Shown here piece after piece: positions 1-11,272 of a DNA stretch of 64,000 nt. The stretch lies in NCBI GenBank assembly GCA_963924565.1, contig OZ004613.1, positions 7,068,001-7,132,000 on the forward strand, given 5' to 3'. Numbering within the stretch: position 1 is the stretch's first letter; the number at the start of each line of letters is the position of its first letter. The notes beneath the pieces were generated by a model. The model was not told the origin of the DNA and ran no database searches. It worked only from the letters and a program-made list of their open reading frames with translations. Position numbers and translations under genes: made by a program. Source of the stretch: Ascidiella aspersa (taxonomy: Eukaryota).

Positions 1-900
1 CATAAAGCCCAGCACGTAAACAACGGCACATTTAAACCAAAACGCGTTTATCTTGATTTGATAAGGGGCGATAGAAAGGCTAAGTGATTAGCTTAGTCAA
101 ATTACAAACACGAAGTTTGCAAAACGACACAACGAAATTGAGATCAAAACTACGCCTCTTTTTTCTGCGTAAGGCGAGACATAAGAGGACAACGTTAGGC
201 CTTCACAGGGTCGGCTTTGGTTGCGGTCAGGCCGGTCTTGCAAGTCCGGAAGACGGCGTAATTACGGCAGAAAATTTAATTAAGCCGATATGGTCTTAAG
301 GCAACACAAGAGCCCACCGCCAATCGCGTCATCAAGGAAAGCGACAAGCAATAAATCATATTTAAATTCTCATTTCAGATTTCGCGTTTAATCTTCTCTT
401 AGGCGCCTTTGTGTTAAGGAATTAAAATCTTCTTTGTCGACTTAGATTTGAGGGCAAAGTCTGTTCTCGAAAATGACGTAATCGGTGAAGAATTAGTAAG
501 TTTTTGTCATAAAATTTGAAGATGATATTCAAGTAATGACAGACATAATAGCACAGTCACCCCAACTCGTTGTGCTTTAGTATTTAACAAAAACTAAATT
601 GTCATCTAACTGTTTAATTACCATATATCAAATAACAAATGGCAAGATATAATGATCATTTCAATCTAAGATGTTTAGAAAAACATTGTTTTTTTAGCCA
701 ATATCCCTAATATTCCAGAAATAATAAATTTACCCATGTTTAAAAAGACCTGATATCGTACTCAACTATAAGGAAAAATCTACTTTTTTAACGTTGACAT
801 TTAAATTCATTATTGTGAAACTTTGCATTTATCTTTATATTGATTAAAAAAGTTAATAAAAATTTATTGATAAAACCAAAGTCATAATAATGGTGAATTA

Positions 901-1292
901 CAGTGTTGTAATGACTTAAGTCAAGGACTTGATTTGACTTGACTTAAGTAACTGTTTTCAAATGACTTGACCTTACTTAAGTCTTTGAAGCAAATCGATT
1001 GACTTGACTTAAGTCTTTTGAACAAATGACTTTTTTATGGAAATGAAGTGTTTTCAAGGAGCATTGCTTATAAAATTGGTTATTTATCTCAATTTGCACA
1101 TAAAACAATATGCTTGCTATAAGCTATTGCTCATAATTAAACGAGTTTGTCAATTTCATTAGTTTAACGTTTTTTTAAGACTTGACTGGACATGTCTTGC
1201 TAATAATGACTAGACCGGAACTTGACTTGTTATTTTTGCAAATGACTTGACTGGGACTCAAGTCCTTTCAAAATGACATTTTTACAACACTG
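901..1292. mobile_element. hAT-type MITE, GACTT/AAGTC-rich family
   Basis: TIR CAGTGTTGTA / TACAACACTG with many subterminal gacttga/gacttaagtc repeats. TSD is degenerate. Confidence 0.75.
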
Positions 1293-3478
1293 GCGGATTT
1301 ACGTGTGGGCTGTTTGGAACAGTTAAGCCGTGTTTACATCAGTACATGGTTTCTGTCGAATACAGTCATAAATCGCCGAAGCCTGCATATAATCACAACA
1401 AAGGCGGCTGCTAAAAATAACTTTCCGTGGAAATTACAGTGCAAGAAACGAAATCAAACAAAGAATCAAACTTGTAAAACCGCGCTTCGGAGTATAATCT
1501 GCATAAACCGGAATGGATTAGAGCGGAGAACAACTTCGTCTTGCGTTTGTTGAAGCCGCAAATCAAACAGTCGAGCGCGTGTGTAAGAAAGAACACACGC
1601 AAAACTCTAAATTAATTTGCTCTGCGAAGGTCATATTTTGTGTTTTGACAACTCAAATGCATGCGTTTACGAAAATCCTATAAGAAAATAATAATCTGAT
1701 AATCATGTGATCTCGTTTGTAGAATAAAACTTTAATAGATCTTAATGTACGTTTACCTTAGGAACAAATTAGGAAGCTACTGATTAATCACCCATCAATA
1801 CCATTTTTAAAGAAAAGCATCCGGCTTGTTCATTTACATTCTTAACAAGGTGTACAACAGTACTTATACAAGTGAATATGTGTGGGGTTAGAATTTTTTT
1901 TTCGAAGCTTAGTAATTTCGACTACTTGGGACCTCAAAATTAATGCCGGTTGATGGGATGCAGTCTCGTTTGCTTGAAATATATAGAAAGTAATTTTTTT
2001 TAAGTAGGTATTTCAAATTTCGTCCAAAATGCCAGAAATGCTATTTGCAACTGTAAGTTCCGGACAATAAGACACCCGTTTTAGTAGTATTTACAACAGG
2101 ATAAACTGACGGTTGCAACTTCAATCTTGAACGCAGTCGTCAAATCAAACGCAGACAAATCATTTTAATGAAACCAGTCCCATATCAAACATCTTAGTGA
2201 TTATTACCAATAGCAAGCACCTAGGTTTGATATTATTTCCCAAAGTCATACTCCATATTGAAAAACCACATTCCGCAGTCGTAAGTATGTCTCTCTAGTC
2301 AGCTTAAACCTTCAAGGGGATCAATGGAAGCAAGCGTTGACGTCGTTTCGCTGATATTTATCGACAAATCCGGAGCAGCTTAGGCGAGGTAGTACGTAAG
2401 ATTTTGTTGTGTGCGTGTTTTGGCGAGCCGGGTTAAGCTGCTTACGCCGTAAGAGAGGCGTGACCACCGCGTATCGCTGCTTATACAACGGGTGGGAGAA
2501 TGGTGGACACGTGTCGGATAAAGGACACGACCGCAAATGGACGTGTTTTGGGCAAAACAGCGGTAGCCCGATTCGATAGCAAACCAAATCACGTATTTAC
2601 TGAAGTCATAAAGTAACATTTAGAAACTTCAAACGTGCCAAAGTAACGTTTTTTTAACGTTTTTTTAAATGTTTTTTTAGATATCGGAGCTGAATCAATC
2701 GAGATTTAGTTATACTTACAGAAAACAATAAAATGAGGTGCTACATCGGCATTACCTAAATAAACTAAAACACTGTAAAGTACTGTTAGGAATTCCCGAA
2801 ATCATGGCATTTGGTTGCACGCAGAGCATTGGTGGCCAAGAAAAGGTTCATAGTAAAAATACTCTATTGCTGGTAAATGTGACTCTTAAGGGGCTGTTTT
2901 AAGGTACGAATTTGTCTATTTTCTCAAATTACGTGATATTTGTGCAAACTTAGGCGGCCAAGAAAATGTTCATTTTCATTTTCATAACGCAAAATTAGAT
3001 ATTGGAAACTTTTAAAATGATAGCAACTTCTGTATGGGCTTCTTACTATACGTCTTAATACAACACCAAACCAATATGTTTCAAACTTTCTGTTAACGTT
3101 TTAGTCTAAGTTTAGTAGCAATCTTACAAAACGTTTCGCACGTAAAAATAACACTCGAACGTTGATTTTTCGTTCCTGTTGTTTTGTGTTTTTTTTTTCG
3201 TGTGATGATATCAAATGGGACGATTTTCTTTTCTAAACCGCGCAAAATTTCCAAACTACACCCACGTCCCTTCAGTTTTAAAAACTGGGCATTCGCAGAT
3301 GAGATTGCACACGTGTTTCGTAAGAGCTGACATTTTACGCTAAACAAGGCTAAACTTAACAAAAGCAGCAGGTGCTGTCATTTCGCGATACCAATCGATC
3401 CCACAATATTTAGAGCCTCAAAAAGCGGCACAGCGCAATAGCTGACGGTGCAGCTCATTTGCATACGCTTATATTTAC

Positions 3479-3616
3479 TGCAAAGCCAGAAAGGTCAAGT
3501 AGATCGACATCATCTTGATTTGAAGACGTTTCGATACAAACTTGTATCATCTTCAGTTTATGAAAACGTCTCAATCAAGATGATGTCAATCTGCTCGCCC
3601 TTTTTGGCTTTGCAAT
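3479..3616 (-). mobile_element. Fold-back short repeat (family B) with intact minimal hammerhead ribozyme motif; Penelope-like pLTR derivative
   Basis: Minus strand 3558-3523: aa-CTGAAGA-T-GATACA-agtt-TGTATC-GAAA-CG-TC-tt. The arms tgcaaagccagaaagg and cctttttggctttgca are inverted repeats. Confidence 0.75.
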
Positions 3617-3804
3617 TCATTATCAAGCTGCGTTAGAGATACGTGCGTAGTCTACCCGCCTTTATATTTACGTTAATTAAAACTCAAAACCGTCTGTCAA
3701 ACAGCGACTATTTGGACACAAACACTGGCTGAGTCCGGACAAAACTATATAAAGATTAAATCGCATTCGTGCGTTGGAAGCACTTATTATCTGTGCATGT
3801 AAGG

Positions 3805-4348
3805 CAGTGGTTCACAACCTTTTCTGGCTTACGGTATCGCTAGAAATGATTGTTACACCAATCTAAGGCGCCCTACTCAACATGCTGTCGGACACAAAGC
3901 GCTACACGAAAAGCCTCCAAACTGATTTTAATAAAGGAAACGTTAACCAAATAACAAAAGGCGTAAAACATTCAAAGCGGCCAACATCTAAGAAGAGTCA
4001 GAAACGACAATTAGGACAGTTTCGAAACGAATATTAGTCTCCCCAAACCCGACAATAACACATACACGCACGATAAAAATCGGTGCAACATAATTAGTAC
4101 ATTGCGGCACTCCTACAAGAGGATTATCGTTGTATGTTTTACTGTAATTTCACAATAAACGAAACTCTTTTTGGAGAAACAAAAGAAAGCAACTTTACAT
4201 GATATACAGAATCAAAATTTAATATCGTACTCTAATCGTTCTACCGAAAGCTGGGCCATTGGGGGAAAAATCCGATTGTTAAAGAATCGAAAATACCCTC
4301 GGCACCCTTAAAAATTAAATATTCGGCCCACTGGTTAGGGAACCATCA
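3805..4348. mobile_element. hAT (Buster/Charlie-like) MITE, degenerate
   Basis: CAGTGGTTCACAACC left TIR and a decayed right TIR (ggttagggaaccatca). Confidence 0.55.
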
Positions 4349-4539
4349 ATATAAAGGGACAATCGAGCGTGTGCAAAAAATAAAAACTATCCGGGGAGTC
4401 TCAAATTGTTGTTATTGAATGTGACGTAAGGTTGTATTAGATCATCTTTCAGAAAGCCATAGTTTTCTTCTGACAACCTGTTTTTGTTTCTAAACTTTTT
4501 GTCTTTTTTATTAATTTTGTTGTATTTTACTTTATTTTT

Positions 4540-4640
4540 AGGAACTGACGATGCCAGTATAGCCAAAATGTATATTCCTTCAAAACAATGTCTGATCCTG
4601 GTTTCACTCGGGTTTTTAATTTAGAGTTTTATTATTTCCA
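4540..4640 (+). mobile_element. Hammerhead-bearing repeat (family E), degenerate
   Basis: AGGAA-CTGACGA-T-GCCagtataGCC-AAAA-TGTA-TA-TTCCT. The tail tgtctgatcctggttt recurs at 4976-5060 and on the - strand at ~39885-39970. Confidence 0.6.
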
Positions 4641-6214
4641 TCTGGGGACGGGGTTCAAAGCTAACGAGTACTGTGTGTGCTTGTGGGGAGCATTGCGTCA
4701 GATCTGGAAGGCAAAAAATGCACATAGAAATACTACGGGAAATTCCTAAATTCCTTACATGGAAAAGTGTTTCGGTTTCTTTGAATTCAGATAAAAAAAC
4801 TGTTACTCTGGTGTCATTTCTAATGTTCAATGTTCCCCCGAGAGATATTTTCGAATCTTTAAGAATCTGGGGAATGGCAGGGAGCCGGTGAAATAGGCTT
4901 CGAGCCAGACGCCCGCTTTGTATCACAATGGGCGATACAATCGGCAAATGACGCTATGTATTTTACTTTACTTCTAGGAAATGACGATATTTATTCCTTC
5001 AAACAATTCTCTAATTCTGGTTTTACCCGGGTTTTTAATTTAGAGTTTTATTGTTTCCATCTGTGAAATGGTACGGAGCCGGTCAAATAGGTGAGATTCG
5101 AGCCAGCCGCCACTTTGTATCATAATGGGCGATACGATCGGGCGTGTGACGCGGCGCAATCGGGTCCGCTCGGCACCATGAGAGGGCCTATTGTTCCCAA
5201 GTGGTCCTGACTCACGGCACAAGCCTTCGCGCAGGTATTTACGCCCTCTCTATACGCCGCCGCTGCTGCTGTTGATGCTTGTTGATGCTTGTGGTGGGTT
5301 TTTAATCCTGTTGTGATCGCGCGTCTCGCATCCGAGCTGACGACTTTTGGCGCGCGTCGCCTATCGTTGATTTTACGACGGGCGCTCGTTCAAGAACGAC
5401 TCGTCAAGAGTTGGCCGTTTTTTTCGTGTAATAGAGAACGGTTGACCGAGGACGTTTTTCGTGTTTTTGTAGCGTTTACTTCTTTGCGATTAGGGATTAA
5501 ACATTTAGATAAAAGTAGAAATAAAGCTGGGCAACTAAGAATAGAGATCTGATAAATAGCTCAGTCATTTTTTTCGAGTGAGTGCAGGCACAATTTTAGA
5601 AAAAGCAACAGGTAGCCTATTGTACGAATTGCGTAAAAAGCAGGGGAAATTGGTACAATTTTTTTTCAGTTGTTTATATTCTCCTTATAAGTTTTAACTA
5701 TCGAAGAAGAGGCGATTGGTTGATTGGATATCGCTATCGGATTGAAATGTCAAGTATTGGACATCTCTAGTTGTAACGGCCAAAAGCACAGGAAAACACT
5801 TTCGCAATCACGCCAATATACTATATAATGCATTGCATAAACAAATAACATAAACAACTGAAGGTCGGTGAAGTTTTACATAATTTTTTTGTTCGAGTGG
5901 CCTATTATTGTAAAACGCTTTATAGCAACTCAAGCAGGTTGAGTTGTAGCGGTTGATAAAAAGTTGCACATGGCGACGCCAGCTTTCTAAAACTAAAGCA
6001 ACATGGCGGTCGCCAATTGGAAATATGAAGGCAATTTTTGAGGGCTCACCTTGTCAGGTTTTGTCTTGCAACGAATAGCTAATATAGGGTACAAAAAATT
6101 GTCAATAAACTGTTTACTTCTACGAAAGGGCACTTTCGTATGTCTTCAGGTTATTATCTGCAAAATAAAGTTGTTTGGTGCGATTCGTTACAAAAAATTG
6201 TTTAAGAAAAAGTC

Positions 6215-6790
6215 ATGATAAGATAAGGACTTTTAGAAGTATGACAAATACGTTAGGTAAATCGATTACAAAAAAATATCTTATGTATTTTTAGGACAAG
6301 TAAGGTTTATGTTAAAATATTAAAAATAAGTAAGGTGCATTGATTAGGAAACGCTTTATTTTTTTAAGACAAGAAGGGTTTTATTTTAAAGTATTAGAAA
6401 TCAGCTAAAGGTGAATTGATTAAATTAAACTTTATGTATTTTAAGACAAGTAAGGTTTATTTTAAGCTATTAAAAATCAGTTGGGTGAATTGATCAAAAA
6501 ATTTATAAGACAGGTAAGGTTTGGAACACTATATACGGATCTGTTCATAAGTTTAATGGTGAAAATAACGGCCCAGATAGACATTCAAAGCGACATGCAT
6601 TATTTTCAAACGTTTCAAAGTGCGTATAAACGGGTGCAACCGATGTGGCCTTCATATCACTGATGATGGCATTAGAATTAGCCGAAACGTTTGAAAATAA
6701 AGCATGTCGCTTTTAACGTCTATTTGGGCCGTTATTTTCACCATTAAGGTAAGGTTTATTTTAAAGTATTAGAAATCAGCTAGGTGACGC
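6215..6790 (+). repeat. Degenerate ~75-bp minisatellite interrupted by the family A element
   Basis: Repeating unit gacaagtaaggtttattttaaagtattagaaatcagctaggtgaattgat. Confidence 0.7.
6523..6746 (+). mobile_element. Fold-back element (family A) with intact minimal hammerhead motif and ~11-bp target duplication
   Basis: 6657-6694: TCA-CTGATGA-T-GGC-attagaatta-GCC-GAAA-CG-TT-TGA. About 65-bp inverted arms (ttaatggtgaaaataacggccc / gggccgttattttcaccattaa). Flanked by aggtaaggttt at 6512-6522 and 6747-6757. Confidence 0.75.
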
Positions 6791-7217
6791 GCTGCATTTT
6801 AAGTCATAAATAATTTTTTATCGGATATTTACCAAACGTGACAGCGGAACCCGATTACCTCATACATATACATATACACAATACTATACGAGAGCTGGAT
6901 TTTTTCCCGACGCCCTATTCAAAGGTATGCGGTCGCCTGTTTGGGCAAACATGCCGGCACGTTTTTTCGCCCATGTTGTTTTATTGCCTTGTTTTGATTT
7001 GGGCCTGATAACGGCGCGCGTGCCATAAGCGTTTGAAGATGGCCGGGCGGCCGGGCCATGTCGATAATAACCCCGTGTGACTTCGCCACTACGCCGCTTG
7101 TAATTTGAAAACGAGGAAATTATGAAAAATTCCGACGTGGCGGGATACGTGAAGGAATAATAGATACAAAATAAAACATTACAAAGTTGTATAGAGGTAA
7201 AAAAATATTGACTGGAA

Positions 7218-7561
7218 GAGCGTTTCTCAACCAGTGGGCCATGAAAACATTTTGACGGGGGCCTCAGACCAATTTGAAAAAGCTAGATTTATCGAAAAAG
7301 TTAGTTTCATTTGTGTCACTTTACTTAGTTTAAAAAAATAATGGCTTTGGGAGGAATTGAGAAGGAATGTAAATGAAATTTACATTTATTGTTCAGCAGC
7401 AAATATCCCCCTAATGCACGGTTAAATAAATAATCTGTCTTAAAAGATGTTCTGCTTTTTTGTTCCAAACCTATTTATGATTTTTATCTTTCATTTATTG
7501 GGCAACAGAATTTTTGTGCCAGGAAAATGGGCTACGAAAGAAAAAAGGCTGAGAACCACTG
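7218..7561. mobile_element. hAT (Buster/Charlie-like) MITE
   Basis: Termini gagcgtttctcaacc / ggctgagaaccactg; TSD GACTGGAA/GATTAGAA. Confidence 0.65.
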
Positions 7562-10500
7562 GATTAGAACTATTCTTCAGCTAAAGCGATGTGACAGCAT
7601 GTTTATATTCGCGGACGAACGCCCATCGCAAATAGCTTTAGGCTTTTGAAAGCTTGATTTTTGGTGATTTAAAATAATAAATCTATGAAGTTTTTTTAAA
7701 AACAGTAGGTTTACTGAAAAAAGGTTAAACGTATAAAAAGAAAGTTGTCGGTACATTCGAACAGGAAAACTAACTATTTTTTTTCTTAATTTTAATTGTA
7801 CAACAAAATGCCGGATTTTTTGTTGTTGTTAGAGATAATTATTTTAAGATATGCCTTGAACATATTGTTTGGCTCGTTTGTTCAACGGTAGCTATAATTT
7901 AATTGTTTTAAATTAAAACTATATCGTAACTTGAATTATTTAGCAATTAGCAAGGTTAGCAGAACGCAAATTCATTTCACGTTGATTTTCCTCAAATAAT
8001 CCCATCGCCTTTAATTTCCGCAGCGTCGCAAATTTCATCCCCCCCCCCGCATGTTTTCGCGACGCAAAAGAATCCCCGCGGAATTTCGAGCGTTTGCTGA
8101 CGCAACAAAGGGTGTCGCGTGCCGCGGGGGTTTGGGGGGTCACAATTTCAACCCATCCGCGGCGGCGCGTGAGTCGTTAGAAGCCCGCGGAGCATTGTTA
8201 AACAGCGAGGGGGCTTTCGGAACGAGCGACCCACAAAATCAACAGACGAGAGTAAATTTCCTGAACGGCTACCGGGGTTTCACTGCATGGGGCGCGATTG
8301 GGACTTTGATGAAGGAGCACGACCCCAGGATAACCCCAGGCGCCTGGGGCGGGAATTTTGGGTTCACTCGGTAAATTGGGAAGCTTGGAGAACATGGGCT
8401 GTACCGCAATACTTTTGGCTGTGCTAATTGTTTTAATATTTATTAAGACGTTTAAAAACGCTCGAATTTTCAAATATTCACCATCTATCAGTGAGTCATA
8501 ATTACACACGTAACACTTATCAGTTCTAATAAAACTGTATCTAATAATCTAGGTTAGAGTTTAAAGTTGTCTCAAAATTTGAAGTATACTTTTGAATCAA
8601 TAGTCAAACGTATTGTTTAGTCGACAGACGGTTAGCGCGTCTAAACAATGTAACAGTATTTTTAACCTTTATCCCAAAGTGAAATGTCGTTAACGCAATA
8701 CAAATATGCCACGGATGCTGTGCAATTCAATTCCAAACAAATTTGGTTTTTAGGCGGTGTGCAATGTTAAAAAACGTAAAGGCCAATAACAATTTATCAA
8801 AATCGTAACAAGTGCAGGAACCTTAAGGGTGCCACGACATAAGAGGTTGTGTTAAACCGTGAGAAATTAAAGTGTCAGTCATTTGAATTTCGCAAATACT
8901 ATAAGGTGAAAACCTGTATGGCTAATCTGGTTTATTTGTCAAAACAATAATTGCCTGGCCAATTTTCTGAAACATTGAAAAACCTTTAAAAAAATATTTA
9001 AAAAATAACATTTTAAAAAAAAATTCCGAAAGATTAAATGACTAACAATAAAGCAGCAACGGTATATTCATTGAATAAAATTTTGCCGGAAGAACAATTT
9101 TACAAAAAACAATGCCTGGCAGCACCAGTATATTCATTAAATGGCTACCCTATCCAGGTATAGGGAAAGCGGGACGAAAAAACACGTGACTTATTTTTTA
9201 ATTAAGTGTGCCAGAGAATTCTTCTCATTTCTTGTCGGTATGCTGGAAGTGACAAACGGTAGCGGAGCGCTAGTGCAGATAAAAGTAAAACAAATAAAGC
9301 ACAAAACCAGCAATATATCTCCTGAACGAAAACAAAGCGATTGTTGCCATTCCTAGAGGCGACCGCTTAACGAGTCATTGCGATGACGCAATAAAAACGC
9401 GTTTGAACTCACACGGCAGATTCTGGAACTATGAAAAACTCGTGCAGAGATGTTTTCAGTTCATCCCCTTGAAAGTTGCGTGCCTCTAAGTGGCCAAAAC
9501 AAACAGGAAATGCTTTGGTTCGTTACAAAGAAGCAAAATTCTGCGATATTTGTCCCAATATCAAAGACTGGCGTGGCTTGTAAGTTAGCGACTCGCGTGC
9601 CAAGACGGTAGTCGTGGGTAAATGTAGCGTGGTGGCGTTTTTAATTAGCGAGGAAAGTTTTCAACTATCAAAACAGCGCTCAGCGGCGGTAAAGCAAAAT
9701 TTCTGAGTGTCGAGTCGGGTTGGAGTCGGACAGGAACCCAAGCTGATGTCATTTTCGCTTGCTCTCTGACTAGTCCTACATGTTGACGTCGAGTTTTTCA
9801 CATGGTGGCGTTTGAATAAATCCGCGAAAAAATAAGATAGATTAGGGCTTTCCAAGCTTTTTAATCTGCCGCACCTTTTGATTTAACTCTCAACGGCCCT
9901 TTAGGACGAAAAAAAAACATCACGTTTCTCGTTGTTTGCTTGTGCACCCTCTTATTAAAGACATGTGCTACTCAGTTGGGAGATTTACTTTTGCATAAGT
10001 TATGGTTAGGAATGCAACCTACACCCCTACATCTCGTTGCGGGAAGGAATTCGAAGCGGTTTTTAACTGTAGACCTGGACAACCTGTGGTGGCACAAAGC
10101 AGCCTTCGTGGGGCAAATATAATATAATATAATAATCTCTTTTCAATATGTAAAAACATTTTATTCACAGCAAACTATCGCAAACTTTAGCAAGGCGACA
10201 AATGACTTAATGGATTTTAAATAATCATAATTTTCTAACAGAATCTGTCAGAATCCCAATGGTAAAAAACAAACGATTCTGGTTGCACACAGAATCAAAA
10301 TATGATGATTTTAGTAGCAAAATATATTTATTATATAACATCCCAATAAACTGATTTTCGGTTTACTAAGTTCTGTACTTAGTTTAATCTTTTTCAATTT
10401 AGAAAATTCCCAGTAAAAAGCAAGATAACATATACTATTTTGGCAACTTCGAATTTATTTCCGTTATTTCTCACGAAGAGCATTACAAAAACGCCCTGAA

Positions 10501-10602
10501 AACCAACAACAGAAACTGCCTAAAAATGTAAAAGCTAACTCCCCACCCCCAATAAAATGAAGAAGCTCATTTAACCAAAAAAGAATGAAAAAAGCCCCAG
10601 GC

Positions 10603-10761
10603 TATATAAGGTCGCAAACTACCTTGTTTCGTTCCAGTACAAAGTTGCGACACAACGTGACAAAAAAAAAATGAGGAAAGTTAAAACAAACGAGAATTTT
10701 GGTTATAAAAAAATTACAGTGTTCAGCAATTCGTTTAAATATGAACGTCAAAGCCTGATAG
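10603..10761 (+). promoter_or_regulatory. Putative TATA/Inr core promoter and non-coding first exon of the C13-like gene
   Basis: TATATAA at 10603, CCAGT initiator-like sequence ~30 nt downstream, donor ag|gtagag at 10761/10762, and a strong acceptor (ttttctattttttag) ending at 11244, just before the ATG at 11273. The acceptor could instead be an SL trans-splice site. Confidence 0.4.
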
Positions 10762-11272
10762 GTAGAGTAAAGCGACATCATCTAAATAATGTGTAAAGAG
10801 TTCAAACTTATGATAAGAGTGCGTACCAAAACTTCATTATTAAGAACTTGTCGATTTCTTGACCTATGTGGCTTTGAAGTTTGTTTTAACGCTACATTAC
10901 AGATCCGCCCGTGGTGTATACTCGGCAATTCGTGTTTCAGCACAATTAAGGTCAATTCAGAAGCGTAATGATTGGAGGTTGTAGTAAAACGTAATAAAAA
11001 TATCGAATGCCATACAGTAGTACGTATCATTTTAAAAGTTTCGAATAAATCTTCGTTGATTTTCGATGTTATAAATGGTTAAAGAGTTCGAAACGTTCGA
11101 AATGATACGTACTTCTGTGTGGGCTGTGATATTCTTATAAAGTCAATTTACCTGGATTGTTTAAATTAAGTTTAAAAAGTTAAAATTTTATATAAAAGGC
11201 GGCATATTGCCCCGAACTAAACGAAGAATTTTTCTATTTTTTAGCTTTATAACATAAAAAAATTCAAGAAAA

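Noticed and set aside
8051-8374. 107-aa GC-rich ORF
   Set aside because: It has no recognisable motif and no splice partners, and is more simply explained as a CpG-rich non-coding island.
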